A stretch of 63,856 nucleotides of DNA, counting the filler, from Octopus bimaculoides (lineage: Eukaryota), in the NCBI RefSeq assembly GCF_001194135.2. It is 4 parts of 4 records of this genome, joined end to end, with 100 filler letters (N's around TTAATTAATTAA, not from the genome) between each part and the next. Parts side by side here need not be neighbours in the genome. Positions count along the whole stretch, not along the records: positions 1 to 24,685 come from NC_068981.1; 3 more parts are not named here. One strand, written 5' to 3'. The translations under genes were made by a program, and so were the position numbers. Under the pieces are notes generated by a model. It was not told where the DNA came from. It worked only from the letters and a program-made list of their open reading frames with translations, and did not search any database. Below are positions 1 through 13,400 of the stretch, piece after piece; the stretch's first letter is position 1; each line of letters starts with the position of its first letter.

Positions 1-440
1 TTTTATGAAAAATAGGTAAAGAATACTGAGATGAAAGTTTAATCTATGACGTTGTATGTATCACTTTCTCTCTCTCTCCCTCTCCCTCTTTTACTTTTAC
101 TCTCTATATTTTTATGTTGAGCGCGTGTGTAAGAATGACGTTCCAGGTAGCAGGGATGAAATATAAAAGTTGCTAGAAACAACAGCCAAATCTCCCTTAA
201 ATCACACAAAGTAAACGGAATTTTAAAAATCTAATTACTGCACTGGAAAGTTCAGATCGAGAAAATTCCATTGATGTAAATATTTTTACGAACAAGTGGA
301 AAATGTGGATTTCTATAAACATTCAAAAAGGCTTCACACAAACACCCAATTTCAGATTTATATATTAAGATAGTATATTGTGTTTAGACTTGGGTCCCCT
401 CCCCAAACTTTTCCATTTTGTATATGAAAAAACAAAACAT

Positions 441-514
441 TCCGAAATCCGAAAATTCTGAAACCCGCAACATTTTTGCTTTCATGAATTTCGGATAACG
501 GATTCTTACTTGTA
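441..514. mobile_element. Terminal fragment of a pogo/Tigger-like non-autonomous DNA transposon
   Basis: Repeated TCCGAAA motifs ending ...TTTCGGATAACGGATTCTTACTTGTA, resembling Tigger-type TIR ends as I recall them; no partner TIR seen. Confidence 0.35.
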
Positions 515-1679
515 TTCACTTCTGACAAGTCTCACTTCTTTCTAGATACTATTACCCTTCACTCCACTTTACTATACACCAGAGTAATTCACATGCATAT
601 ACATGCTGCGCTTCTGGAATGAATCAAAACTGAGCTTGAGTGTCAGCAGAGTAATGATAGGCCTGAAAACATGATAAGGCATGAATATCAGTGAAGTGGA
701 ATGCGCTAGAAATCAGTGAAGTGTAACATTCAATTTTTTATGGAGGGGTTCAAACTGAGAACAATAAATGATTTTTCAAAGTGCTTAGTATGTGGGTGTT
801 ATCATATAGGATTGTAAGTTCGTAATAAACTATCAAAAAAAGATCGTTCAACTAGCTGGGCGTGACTGAGATGTAGATGAAATGATGAAACCACCCAACA
901 TACACTCATCTAGTTTCCATGAATTGCCTCGTATCGATTATCTGCTATATAGGATGAATTTAGATTCAGCTCAATTTATCTTGGATATCTCTTCACCATC
1001 TTCAGAAATAACAATACGATCATTTTTCTTTCTCCATATCGTAGAGAAGATAAAAAGGGCTAAGTGTAGGGGGCTTTTTAATCTGTCTTGCAAGGGATAT
1101 AGCTATATCTGGGATTAGCTAATAAATAGGAATAGCAAAACAGTAAAAACACAACTTAAAACAGCGTTAATTTTTAATCTCCATGCCGAAATCAAAATAG
1201 TACCAGTACACTATACATTAGTTGGTACCTGCACATTTTGCTAAGGATGCAATCAACATTTTCTGGGCTTTGATCAAAAAATCAACTATTTTGCTCGCAC
1301 GATAATAAATGTCAGCAAGAAACTCTAAGACAACACGAACAAATTTAGCAGTATGATGGCTTGTATGATTTTTGATTTATCGATGTTTTGTTAACATTCC
1401 AAATATTTTTCTAAAGGTTAAATTTGGATATTTTTCTGAGGGTGGTTATTGAAAACATGCCTTTCTACTTGCTAGAAACCAATATCAAGAAGTTTCGTAA
1501 GAAAGCTTTAAAAAATGAGTATTTGTTGTTCCGAAAGCTTTTAAATAGAAATTATGTTGCTTATACTGACACGAAGCAACATTTCTGCGGAAGTTCAGTG
1601 GTAAATAATTTGAAAACGCTTTTTTTATATGTAGAAATAGATTTATTGACAAACAGAGAGGAAGTTCTCACAGATCTTG

Positions 1680-1940
1680 ATTAAGAGCAAGGATAATTTT
1701 ACACCAATGAAGTACAGACAACTGACTCAACACTACCGTAAACTACCACACATGTACGGTATCCCTAAGATTCACAAGGATGGTATTCCATTAACACCTA
1801 TAGTGATCTGTAGAGGTTCAGGATGTCATCTATTGAGCCACTTCCTTGTGGATATAACCAGTCCATTAGCAGGAAAGTCAACATCGTACGTGAAGAATTC
1901 CACCCACTTCACAGAATCAATCAAGGATACCCCTATTGAA
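1680..1940 (+). mobile_element. Penelope-like element reverse transcriptase fragment
   Basis: ORF 1677-2069 contains LPHMYGIPKIHKDGIPLTPIV..RGS....LSHFL....PL......VKNS, the typical PLE RT N-terminal motif (YGLPKIHK..P.RPI). Confidence 0.85.
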
Positions 1941-1978
1941 TCCAGTCAGATGAGAATCCAGGTTCGAAATTTCTCCAA

Positions 1979-2023
1979 GACACTTGATGAAGGTGGAAGG
2001 TATATCAGCCGAAACTTTGTGTT
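1979..2023 (+). ncRNA. Degenerate minimal type-I hammerhead ribozyme in PLE pseudo-LTR (~1945-2085)
   Basis: GACAC-TTGATGA-A-GGTG..CAGCC-GAAA-CTTT-GTGTT: stem I ACAC/GTGT, core with C3>T, damaged stem III; directly follows the PLE RT fragment. Confidence 0.55.
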
Positions 2024-2591
2024 AACAAACAAGATGAGGACAAACATCCGACAAATGCAAATAATGTAAATAATGGTTTAATTATTATTTTACAAAAATA
2101 ATCAAGGTACATCTTCCGGTGGTACATGCCATCAATTCCAGTGCAATCTCACAAGGCTCTTTTTCAACAAATGTTAAAGTTCTTTAACAAAATGCGGCGA
2201 AATGAAATAGAATATAACAACTCAATGAATTCAATATAGCTTACACATAACATATTGTTAATATTCTATGAATAAAAATCAATGAGAATATATGTGCTAT
2301 AGCTATCAACTTGTATGTGTATGACATATTCCATGCTCAATCGTTTCCCAGTTATTGAATTACCTACAAAGTTACATGCTTTATTCTGGCAACACAGTAT
2401 GCATATCCGCTTACACTGACAATATGTTGAAAACGCATTAAAGGAACAAAACCAATTACAAAAGGGAAGAGAAAGAATAACAATTAAATACAGCAGACAA
2501 GTCCTGTGCACAGAATAATGTAAAATATTGATGTGAAGTGAAATAAAATACTAAATGCAATAGTGCATGTAATCTGTATATAAAACAAAGG

Positions 2592-3065
2592 ATGTGTGTG
2601 TGTGTGTGTGTGTGTAATTGTGTGTGTGTGTGTGTTTGTGTAGGACGTATGCATCTCTACAGTTTTCTACCAATTTTCACCAAACTTCATATACATTACT
2701 TATGTGCCAAAGCTGGTCATGCACTATAACATTTTGCCCAGAGCTCCCACGTAAAGCGAGAAATTAGGAAAAAGATGTTTTACACAGGTTTTTCTCTGAA
2801 GGCTTCTGCATTTTTCAACCGATTCTCTCCCTTTTCTCTCTCTGTTTATTTCTCTCTTCTCTCTCTTTTTCTCATTCTCTGTTTCTCTTGATTATACATA
2901 TTCTCTCTCACCTTCCATAATAGTTCCTCTCTTTTAGTCTATGTCTGTTTCGTTCTCTCTCTCTCCCTCTCTCTATCTCTCTCTCCCCCTCTCTCTCTCC
3001 CTCCCTCTCTCCCTCCCTCTCTCTCNNNNNNNNNNNNNNNNCCTCTCCCCTCCCCCCTCTCTCCG
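2592..3065. repeat. (TG)n and (CT)n microsatellites
   Basis: Direct reading: TG run 2592-2640, CT-rich run ~2820-3065. Confidence 0.95.
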
Positions 3066-3681
3066 TGTGTCTCAATTTGTCATGCGTAAAATTCTCTGTT
3101 GTTACGGTTTTTGTACATTCTCCCTGAAAAGTAATTTAGTTATTTTTAATTTTTGTTCACCCAGTGTTTAAATTTAGTTTTGCCGCATCTACCTAAAAAT
3201 TGACTTCAGTGTATTTCAGTTTTGTTGTGCATAAATGTCTTTGTCTTTACGGTATTTATACGTTCTCCCTGTAACATTACTTATTTAATTTTGTTTTTGC
3301 ACGCCGTCTATTTAAATACACTATTTACATTTCTTCATCTATCGAACACGTTGTGCGTGCGGTCGTGCATACATACGTATGACCGCTACGAGCCACATAC
3401 AGCCGATAAACCTTTATTACTAACCAATGAGATTTCAACCACGTCACTGAGCGGTGATGCGTTAGGAAAAGCTATCCTAAAGCGGCTGAAGTTTTTTCAC
3501 TCAAGCTATTTTCTTCTAGAGCTTTATACGCTCAAACGCAGTTTATAAGTTCTGCCTACAAATTGACTTCCTTGTATGTGTGTGTGTGCGTGTGTGTGTG
3601 TGTTTGTGTGTTTGTGCGTGTGTAGGAAAAATTGAAAATGGAGATAAACGCTCAATATGTTATTAAATCATTTATATCTTC

Positions 3682-3776
3682 ATATAATCGACATAGGTTT
3701 CGAGGAATGCATTCAAAATACATCCGACAGGATGAATAATGATCGGCAATGCCTCAATCTCATCAGGGTGAATATA
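3682..3776 (-). ncRNA. Hammerhead-like motif with long stem II
   Basis: Minus strand CC-CTGATGA-G...(internal CATCC/GGATG hairpin, GCATT/AATGC pair)...C-GAAA-CCTATG-TC; core intact, stem I poorly paired. Confidence 0.45.
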
Positions 3777-3836
3777 AACACCAGTGCTCATTAAACAGAC
3801 ATTTTAACAGATATAAGAAACCATAGAAAATATGAC

Positions 3837-3906
<70 letters not shown>

Positions 3907-3911
3907 CTATG

Positions 3912-3943
<32 letters not shown>

Positions 3944-4130
3944 CATACACGTGCACACATACATATACTCACAACACACACATATATACATACGCATACG
4001 TTTATAGACGTGTACGACCACGTACATACACACGTACACATACATACACAGACACTCACTTACATAAACACATACACAGATTTGTACACATACTTAATAT
4101 ACATACATACAGAAACAAATACAGATATAC

Positions 4131-4988
4131 ATGCATATATATGGGAAGCTAAGTAGTGAAGGGAATGTTGAAATTTGAAAATGCCGTTAAGGAAACATAC
4201 TTCATAGGATGAGAAAAAAAGAGAAGGTATAGATAAATAGGGAGGAGGAAGGAGTAAACAAAGTTAAAATGGCCTTAAATAATATCAACGATATTAGGCC
4301 TTGCAACTGTGGCCCAAGTAAAACCTCTGTACTAAATGGATATTGTAGTATTAAAAATATCGTGTACCACTGCAAGATTACCCCTGGATCCAAGAAATTT
4401 CTTTATATTGGATTATCTTCTACGGATTTGAAATCCAGACTGGCGAACCACTTTCTACCTACAAATATAATCGTAAGCGTAATTCCACAGGACTTAACAA
4501 ACTAATCTTGTACTTTAGAGACCCTAACAAACTTTTTCTTCAGATTGGAAAATTTTATCTTGATCATTCCCCTATGACAAATAGAAATCTTCCTGTCCTC
4601 TCTGTACGAAGAGCAATTTTCTATCTTCTTTTCCAAACATAAACTGTTGAACACGTTTACGGAGCGAGTTTACAGCTGTTCACATAGGAAAAAAACACTC
4701 TTTCACTTTTTTTAAATAGTATCTACCTCTTACCTGATAATAATTTCTGCAAAATCATCTTTTCTTTATTATTACTTCACATAACCTTTATTCCTCCCTT
4801 CATCTTTTCGTTTCATTTTTTATCTATCCAATTTTGCCCGTTCCTCTCCCCCCTCTCTCTGTTTTCTGCTTTCCCCCTCCCTATTTATCTATACCTTCTC
4901 TTTTTCTCTCACCCTATGAAGTATATTTCCTTAACGGCATTTTCAAATTTTAGCGTTCCCTTCGCTACTTAGCTTTCCATATATGCAT
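4131..4988 (+). mobile_element. Penelope-like element: GIY-YIG endonuclease relic flanked by ~115-bp inverted repeats
   Basis: CNCGP...LNGYCSIKNIVYHCKI...KFLYIGLSSTDLKSRLANH (4269-4505), then frameshifted WKIL...PY...SCPLC; 4131-4245 is the reverse complement of ~4876-4988. Confidence 0.85.
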
Positions 4989-5109
4989 ATGCATGTATGA
5001 CCTTTGATTAATTTTAATCCTTCAGCTATTTAATGCTTTTATGAGCCTGCAATCGCCTATATTAGTGATTCTATTATTATCATTTTTAATTGTTACACTA
5101 GATAATAAC

Positions 5110-6487
5110 AGAGTCAATAATATCTTCGCAAAAAGCATACTACAGACGAATTAGATTAATACTGAAAACAGAGCTCAATGCAAAAACAGGATAATAGGTA
5201 TCAACACTCTAGCCTTCCTATTTATATGCTAGAGCTACAATATTCTTAACTGAACTCTAAATGAACTAATCAAAATAGATAGGAAAACAAGAAAAATAAT
5301 GGCAAGATTTAGGATGCACCACCTAAAATCTGACATAGAAAGGTTATATATACAACGTATGGAAGGTTGTAGAGGCCTTATACAGCTGGAAAACTATTAC
5401 AAAATAAGCAACATAGGACTACAGAAATACCTACTTCAGAAGCAAAGAAAACTAATACAAATAGCCACAAAACACGAACGAAACAAAATACTGTTTTCAG
5501 TTTTTAAGGAAGCTGAAAAATACAAAAAAGAAGTCATAGTACCTAACAACTATGAAGGAAAAGAAGAAACAACAAAAGTTGTAAAACAACCGAAATCCTA
5601 GCTATAACTGGAACAGTAACAGATCATGATAAAACGATGGCAAGAAAAGCCCCTTCGTGGCAAATACTGGGTTAAATTAAACAGAAAAGCAATAGACAAA
5701 GCAAGATCCCAACAATGGCTGAGAAGCTCAGGACTCAAAGCAAAGACTGAAGGATTTTTAATTGTAACACAATATCAAAGTCTTCCTACCAGAAATTACT
5801 AAAACATGTAATGAAAAGAAATACAAGTAGCTGCAGAATATGTGGAGATAGAGAAGAAACAATAAATCATATTGTCTCTGGCTGCCCAGCCTTAGCTAAG
5901 AAGGAATATATTCACAGACACTACAAAGTTGGGATCTACATACACTGGAAGCTGTGTCAACACTATGGAATAATAAAAGAAAAAGATGGTATAGGCACAC
6001 CTCAGAAAAGGTCACAGAATATTAGAAAGTAACCATACTCTGGGATATGCCAATACACACAGATAGAGAAATCAAAGCCAATAGGCTAGATGTAGTTGTC
6101 AGAGATCAATAAAAAATGCTTTCTAATTGATATATCAATACCAACAGATGACAACATTTCTCTAAAAGAAACGGAGAAACTTTCAAAATACAATGAACTG
6201 GAAATAGAGGTAACTCGAATGAGGAGCCTAAAAACAGAAACAATTCCTATTATAATAGGCGCATTAGGTATGCCAAAAAATATTCAGACAAATACAAAGC
6301 AAAACATCAGAACTAACAAACATATATAGCATACAGAGAATAGCACTACTAGGCACTGCACACATTCTATGTAAAACACTTTCAATACAGTAAAAATAAG
6401 AGCATCACAACAAACTGCAGCGCATGCTCAGGGCACATAGAGCTGCACTCGGTAGTGCAGTGAAATCACGTGATAAAAATAAACCTA

Positions 6488-6548
<61 letters not shown>
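5110..6548 (+). mobile_element. R4/Dong-type REL-endonuclease LINE, 3' part (family A), with (TAA)n tail
   Basis: SDIERLYIQRMEGCRGL (RT thumb), CRICGDREETINHIVSGC (CCHC), FLIDISIP..KETEKLSKY..IPIIIGALG (REL); stops and frameshifts; (AAT)n at ~6492-6548. Confidence 0.9.
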
Positions 6549-7158
6549 TTAAAAAACAAATCTAATCTAATGACATCGGTGGAATGGGATAAAGGAACAT
6601 GTGGAAGTCTTGAAGGAACCGACCCTTTAACGAAAATAATCACAAAAACGAAATTTTACTGCCATACAAAGCGCATTTTCTCCTATGCACGACATCTCAG
6701 TGAAACATGTGCGAGACACACACGCGAAATCAACACCGGAAAGTTTACAAATTATAAAATATAAATGGAACTAAACAGTAAGTACATAAATTGAGTAATT
6801 ACACATACATTCGAATGTCTACATAATCATATATATATTTTAATACCCATAGAACTACACATACATCCCAATGTTTACACAACCTCGTGAAATTTACTGG
6901 ACACACATACACGCATACGAAAACAGGTGTCACAAACGAAGCAAAAACAAAAAAAAAAAAGAGACAAAAACAAAAAAAGCAATTTAAAAAATATTTTCGA
7001 ACGAACACAGAGTGAAGAATTCATGAGTTTAAAAACACCACAAAAAACTATGCCCTTAGACAAATCTATCAGCAAAATAAGATACAGACGAATACAAATC
7101 TCTTAGCCTTAAGAAGCTACGTTACGAGCAATGTTTACATGCAGAGAACTCGGAGGCA

Positions 7159-9150
7159 GTGTTGTCTCAAAAAATTAACCCTAAAGAGACAGATCCATCC
7201 CCTAATGTTAACGCCCAAACTCGTCATGCCTCAATGAGAACAAAGCAAAATACAAATCGGTTCTGTCGTCACCCAGAACACCAAGAATCGTGTAGTCGAA
7301 TGATGAACCAAATTGTACATAAAAAGTCCGCTACTGGTTCATATCTTCTCGAAACACAGGAACTGGAAGTACCCTACAACTGGAATATTCCAACAAATGG
7401 CCATCCATTCTCGTCATCAAATAACCAAAAGAAAAGGAATGAAAAATGGTCTAGGGAAGATAATAAAGAAGTTCTTACGGCCTTCTATCATGCCATATAT
7501 TTTCCCACTAATAAATCTAACACTGTACAAATCTACTTAAACTGGAGACAGAAACACCTTGAAGTAAGACCCTACATGGACAGTTACAAACTTGCCAACA
7601 TCAGATGAAACATTATGAACAAGAAATTACTAACTGAATTAAAGATTGTCCAAATTAAACAATCAGTAAGGGATAAAAGTAACGAAGTTGCGACTAAAGA
7701 AGATACTACAGAGGAAATAATTATAGACCAGCCCAGAGCTGATGAAAATGCAATAAAAATTGAAAGAGTTAATGTAACGGATAAGCAAAGTGAAATACTC
7801 TCTGAAACAACCATAAACACTAAGGCAAGTGAAAATCAAATAGATGAAGAAAGTCATACAGAAATCGACGCAACAGAACTATATGATCTAAAAAATCAAA
7901 TCATGATTGAATGGCTGAAAATTAAAGAAACCAGTATGAATGAACGCGACACTCTCCCCAAAATTCGCAATTCTAACCAAAACCTGAAAATAATTGGTAA
8001 AATCTACCTTGCACTTAAGGACATAATTTCAGCTAATGATGTTGATATTACAGATCTCAACCACCTGTACTATGCATCCGCAAAAATCTCAACGGTTCTA
8101 TGTGGTAAAAAGATTAGAAAACGACAACACTCCCACAAAAAGCATTCTTGGCAAGAGCGCATTCAACACCAAATTGAACTACTTAGATCTGACATAGAAT
8201 GTTTGAAAAACCTTAAATTTGATAAGAGTATCAAACCTACAAAGACCCAAAAACTAAAGAAAAAATATAATGTGAAAACCATAGTTGACATTGATGCCAC
8301 CATAGAAACCATCAAGCAAAAGGTATGTGCTAAAGCTGCCCGTATAGCAAGGTATGAAAAGCGCGTTAGATTCTTCAAGGACAACAGCATATTCAAAAAC
8401 AACTCAAAAGATTTTTACAGGAAGATAGGGGAAATACCAGTTACAGTAAAGCCTGTCCCATCAAAAGAAGTGCTGGAATTTTGGAATAAAATTTGGGCAG
8501 AAGAAAAATCACACAATGAAAAGGCCCCTTGGATTGATAGAATATCTACAGACTTAGTCTGCTTAGAAGAGCAAAAGTGGGAGGGTATTAAGGAAGAAGA
8601 TGTAAGATCTGCTCTCAGGAAGTCAAGCAAATGGAAGTCTCCTGGAAAGGATAAAATTCCTAGCTTCTGGTTGAATGCCTTCTCAGAGAACCATGAATTG
8701 CTAACAAAACTTTACAACGTTTTGCAACAACCTAGTATGATTCCCTCTTGGTTAGTTAATGGTGTAACATTCCAACCTTTCAAAAAATGAATAAAATTGA
8801 ACCAAAAAATCATAGACCGATAACTTGCTTAACAGCAATGTATAAAATATTAACATCTGTCTTAACTGAATATACCTTTAGTTTTTTAATAGAAAGTTGC
8901 ATATTTCCTAATGAGCAAAAAGGATGTAAACGTGGATCTTATGGTTGTAAAGATCAGCTACTCATCAATAAGATGATCTTGAAGATTGTCACAAATGACA
9001 TAAAAACTTGTCGATAGCCTGGATAGAGTATAGAAAGCTTTTGATAGTCTGCCACATAGCTGGATTAAGAATGTCTGGAAAAGTATAAAATATCACCTAC
9101 TCTACGAAACATCTTGTCTGTAAGTATGAGATCATGGAGAACAATACTGA
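7159..9150 (+). mobile_element. R4/Dong-type LINE, 5' part through RT N-terminal half (family B)
   Basis: KWSREDNKEVL..FY N-terminal motif, WKSPGKDKI...W, RPITCL..MYKILTS, EQKGC..GSYGCKDQLLINKMI, YRKAFDSLPHSWI; broken off near 9150. Confidence 0.9.
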
Positions 9151-9154
9151 CTTG

Positions 9155-9370
9155 AACAGTTGGGTTCTTGGGAACAGTATCAGAAGGCATCAAGAGGAAT
9201 ATACAGGAATTTGGAATAGAGTGCCCAGTAGAACTGTTACAAATAGTTTGCCTCCTTGGCACGGCTAGAATAATCAGGGAAGTATTAGATAGCTGAAAAG
9301 AGCGAATAGCATGGCACCGTACGCTACGCATGCAAGACTCCAGGAGCTCCAACCAAACTTGTGATAAAAA
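9155..9370 (+). mobile_element. 3' end fragment of LINE family C
   Basis: Closely matches 14200-14430 (GAATAGAGTGCCCAGTAGAACTGTTAC...GCATGCAAGACTCCAGGAGCTCCAAC). Confidence 0.85.
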
Positions 9371-9469
9371 GGTCCTTGTTGTGACTTAACAAACTGTACA
9401 AACCCCCGGTAGACACAATATCTTCCATCAACAACATCACGATATTGTATACTGTGCGACGTCTATAAT

Positions 9470-9964
9470 ATTGATAAAAAGATGGTATAGGCACATCTCA
9501 GAAAAGGTAACAGAAAACAAACGAGAAAGCAATCGTACTCTAGCATATGCCAATATACACAGATAGAAAAATCAAGGCTAATAAAAAATGATGTCTTCTA
9601 ATCGGTGTATCAATACCAACAGATGACAACGTCTCTCTAAAAGAAACGGAGAAACTTTCAAAATACAAAGATCTGGAAATAGAAGTAACTCGAATGTGGA
9701 GTCTAAAAACAGAAACATTACCTATCATAGTAAGCGCATTAGGCATGATAAAAAATATTCAGACAAATACATAACAGAAACACGAGGACTAACAAGCTTA
9801 TATAACATACAGAAAATAGCACTACTAGGCACTGCACATATCCTACGTAAAACGCTTTCAATACAGTAAAAATAAGAGCATCACAACAAACCGCCCAAGG
9901 CACACAGAGCTGCGCTCGTTGGTGCAGTGAAAGCACGTGATAAAAATATGACTACAGAATAATG

Positions 9965-10040
<76 letters not shown>

Positions 10041-10072
10041 GGATGATGATGATGATGATGATGATGAGGATG

Positions 10073-10110
<38 letters not shown>

Positions 10111-10123
10111 AATGATGATGATG

Positions 10124-10174
<51 letters not shown>

Positions 10175-10190
10175 GTAACAACAACAGCAA
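9470..10190 (+). mobile_element. Second 3' end of LINE family A with (ATA)n(ATG)n(ATA)n tail
   Basis: Closely matches ~5980-6490; compound trinucleotide tail at 9961-10190. Confidence 0.9.
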
Positions 10191-10439
10191 CAAGCCCGCT
10201 CTTCTATTTAGCGCCGAAGCGACATCAATAGCTAAACCAACAGCCGTAATTCTGCCATCATTTGTTGTCTAAAGAAATCAGGGGAAACAATATTAAGACC
10301 TCTAGATCTTATAGTAATAATACAATTATATTAGTAATAGGCAAACTATAGTAGTGAACAAGTTAATAATAAGACAGGGGTTATGGTAGTAATAGTGAAA
10401 TTATAATAGTGAAGAAGTAAATAATTACCCTGATTGATA

Positions 10440-13400
10440 ATTACCCAGGATGATTAACAAGTGGTGTTGTGAAACTATCGAATCGTCGGCGACTAAACTT
10501 GCAACTCCACTAAGCTTGCTTGGTGAAGAGTTTGGATTTTCGACACCCTGCAGGATTAAAAACAAAACCCGGCAAAGGGCAGAGGAACTCAGAAGAGTCA
10601 ATGGCCATTCTGAAAATGGGTTGACGGAACTCGTGAGCCTTGGTTGGCAGTCTGTCTAGGAGAAGGAACACTGATTTAAAACTGGGATAGATAGGACTCC
10701 TTAGTCACAATGGTGACAACCTGTCAGTGTCCAACGGCTCCATGCTTGGGATGAAGACGAATGAACCGCGAATCGGGACTTAATTCCAGAGCAATATTTG
10801 GATGAAGATCCGGGACCAACTGATGCTCACCTATCTCCTAGTGAGAATCATGATCACGGACCCCAACACATAGAAATTGGAAGGGAACAGGCCCAACTTA
10901 TGGGTAGTAAGAGCTCTGCAGTTTTGGTTGACAATATTTCTAGAGATGATGTCTTGATAAAAATACCGGTTGGTGGCTAACTTTAAAACACAAACCTCAT
11001 TGTTGAGTGAAAATATCTAATATAAGTGAAAATGTCTAATATAAATGTATCAAATAACGGTGTTAATGATGCTGGAACCGAAAATAGAAGCCTTTCATCC
11101 GGCAGGTGCCCTGTGGTTGAGCAGCGCAAGCCCGGTCGTCATCCAGAGACTGCTTGTGCACAAAGCCAGAGGCAAAGAAGGTGGACTAAGGAAGCAAACC
11201 GAAAGGGAATTGAATGCTGGATCAGGAGTGAACCCAGTAGAAGGGGATTCCGACAACAAATGAAAGCAAAATGGAATGAAATAAAACTCTTCGAAATAAG
11301 TGAGCAACGGTAGCCGACCAGGCAATAGCAATAAGAACAAAAGGGTAGTTAACAGACAGAAATTGAAGAGAACAAAAGGAAATTAGAAAATAGAAACAGA
11401 TACATTGCCCAGCAAGAACAGAGAAATGAATGGCAGCAGTGAAGGCGTAGAGCAAAGTGTAAATGTAAACGCATTCTCAGCAAATGAAGCAGAAGTAATA
11501 GGAAGAGCTGTAGCACAAGAATACGATGATGACCGAGAAGATATAGTGAGGATGCTGTGCCGACATATTAGAGAAGACCAAGATCAAGCACCCACCAATC
11601 TGAAGTACATTGATCGACGCAAGCTCAAAGTTGAAATCGAACAGATAGATTCTGTCCTTAAGCTATTTCAGACGAGAAATATAACTGAAACTAACAAGAT
11701 TATTTGGGCTGCAGCTATAGTTGCTGCAGACAGAGTCGGATACAAAAGAAGAGAACAAACAGAACGTAAAGAATTTGTGAGAAACAAACAAGGTTAAAAA
11801 GACATTTAGGACAAGTTGATAGATTGAATAGAAGCGAATTTCAGAACGAGAGCATAAGAATAATGCTGGAAAGAGCACATAGAATAAAGGATAAAGGTTA
11901 TGATGTGATATTGGAAGGATTGAAACAAAATGTAGTAGCAACCAAAGAAAAACTGGGAAGATATGACAATAGAACTAAACAATTCAGGCAAAACAGATTG
12001 TTTGAAGCAAACCAGAAGAAACTGTTTCAGGAACTAAATGGGCAATTGCACGTAACAATAATTCCAGATGCAGAGGAAAGCAGGGCATTCTAGAGAGGTA
12101 TCTAGGACCAACTTGTAGAGCTTAATGATGAAGCGGAGTGGCTGCATGAAATCAAAGATAGGTTAAGAAATATAGAAGGCCAAGAAGACAAAGATAACTA
12201 CAGAAATGATAAGAAAGCAGTTTAAAAAATTCCCAAATTGGAAGAGCCCAGTACCGGATAGGGTCCAAGGTTATTGGATGAAGGAGCTGAGAGGGCTCCA
12301 TGAAAGGATAGCGCAACAACTAGATGAATGCTTGCAGAAAGGCGAAGTACCCAACTGGATGACAAAAGGGAAGACATTGTTGTATGCCAAGGATCCTGAA
12401 AAGGAAAGTGTTGTATCCAACTTTAGATCAATAATATGCCTTCTGCTAATGTGAAAACTAATGTTAGGTGCGTTGGCTGGTGAACTTATAGGTATCTGGA
12501 AACAGTGGGCTGCAACTTATTGAACAGAAAGGGTGTCGAAAGAGGGGCCGGGGAACGAAGGATCAGCGCTTAATTGATAATCTAACTATCAGGAAGTGCA
12601 AGAGAAGACACACAAACCTGAACATATCATGGGTTGACTATCGTATATCATACGATATGATACCACACTCCTGGATAATAAAAACAATGGAGATGTATGG
12701 AGTAGCAGAAAATAGGAGAAGCCTCATATGGAATAGCATGAAATGCTGGAGAACGGAATTAGCAGCAGTGAATCAAGTATTAGGAGAGGTGAAAATCAAG
12801 AGAGGTGTCTTCCAGGGGTGTCTTTGCTGATCTTCGCGTTGGGAATGATCTCCTCGAGTGAAATACAACAGAAAATGAAGTTGGAAAGAGGTAAGGGAAA
12901 AACTGAACCACTTGCTATTGATGGACGACCTGAAGCTATTCACAAAAACTGAGGCAGAACTGGACAGCCTAGTCCAGTCTGTGCAGATTTTCTCCAGTGA
13001 TATTAAGATGGAGTTTGGATTGTCAAAATGTGCTACGATTGTGATGAGACGAGGAAAACTTTTCAGAGCAGAAGGTATATGGTTGCCAAGTGGTGAAATG
13101 ATGAAGGCAATTAAATCTCAACCTCAATTCAGTAATAAATTCCTGGGAATACTTGAGGCAGATGGAATCAAACAGAATGACATGTAGGAAAAGACAAAAA
13201 GAGAGTACCTGCGGCAAGTGAGAAAAAATGCTTCAAAGCAAAATGTCAGAAACATAATTTCGGCATTAAACTCGCACGCAGTCGCAGTTGTTCGGTATGG
13301 TGCTGAAATCCTGAAGTGGAAAGAGGAGGAACTAAAGCACAGGAAATCAAGAAAGCTTCTAACGATGCTTGGTGCCCATCAACCACGTGCGGACACTGAT

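Noticed and set aside
882-1684. ORFs 882-1118 and 1424-1684
   Set aside because: Short and AT-rich with no recognisable motif or splice context.
2364-2415. 52-nt minus-strand AG...GT segment (CKRICILCCQNKACNFV)
   Set aside because: Splice signals are plausible but no frame resembles SerRS or any family I recognise.
10440-10700. Possible HDV-like ribozyme at the 5' end of LINE family C
   Set aside because: Known for some R4/RTE elements, but I could not build the nested double pseudoknot by eye; an Infernal search would be needed.
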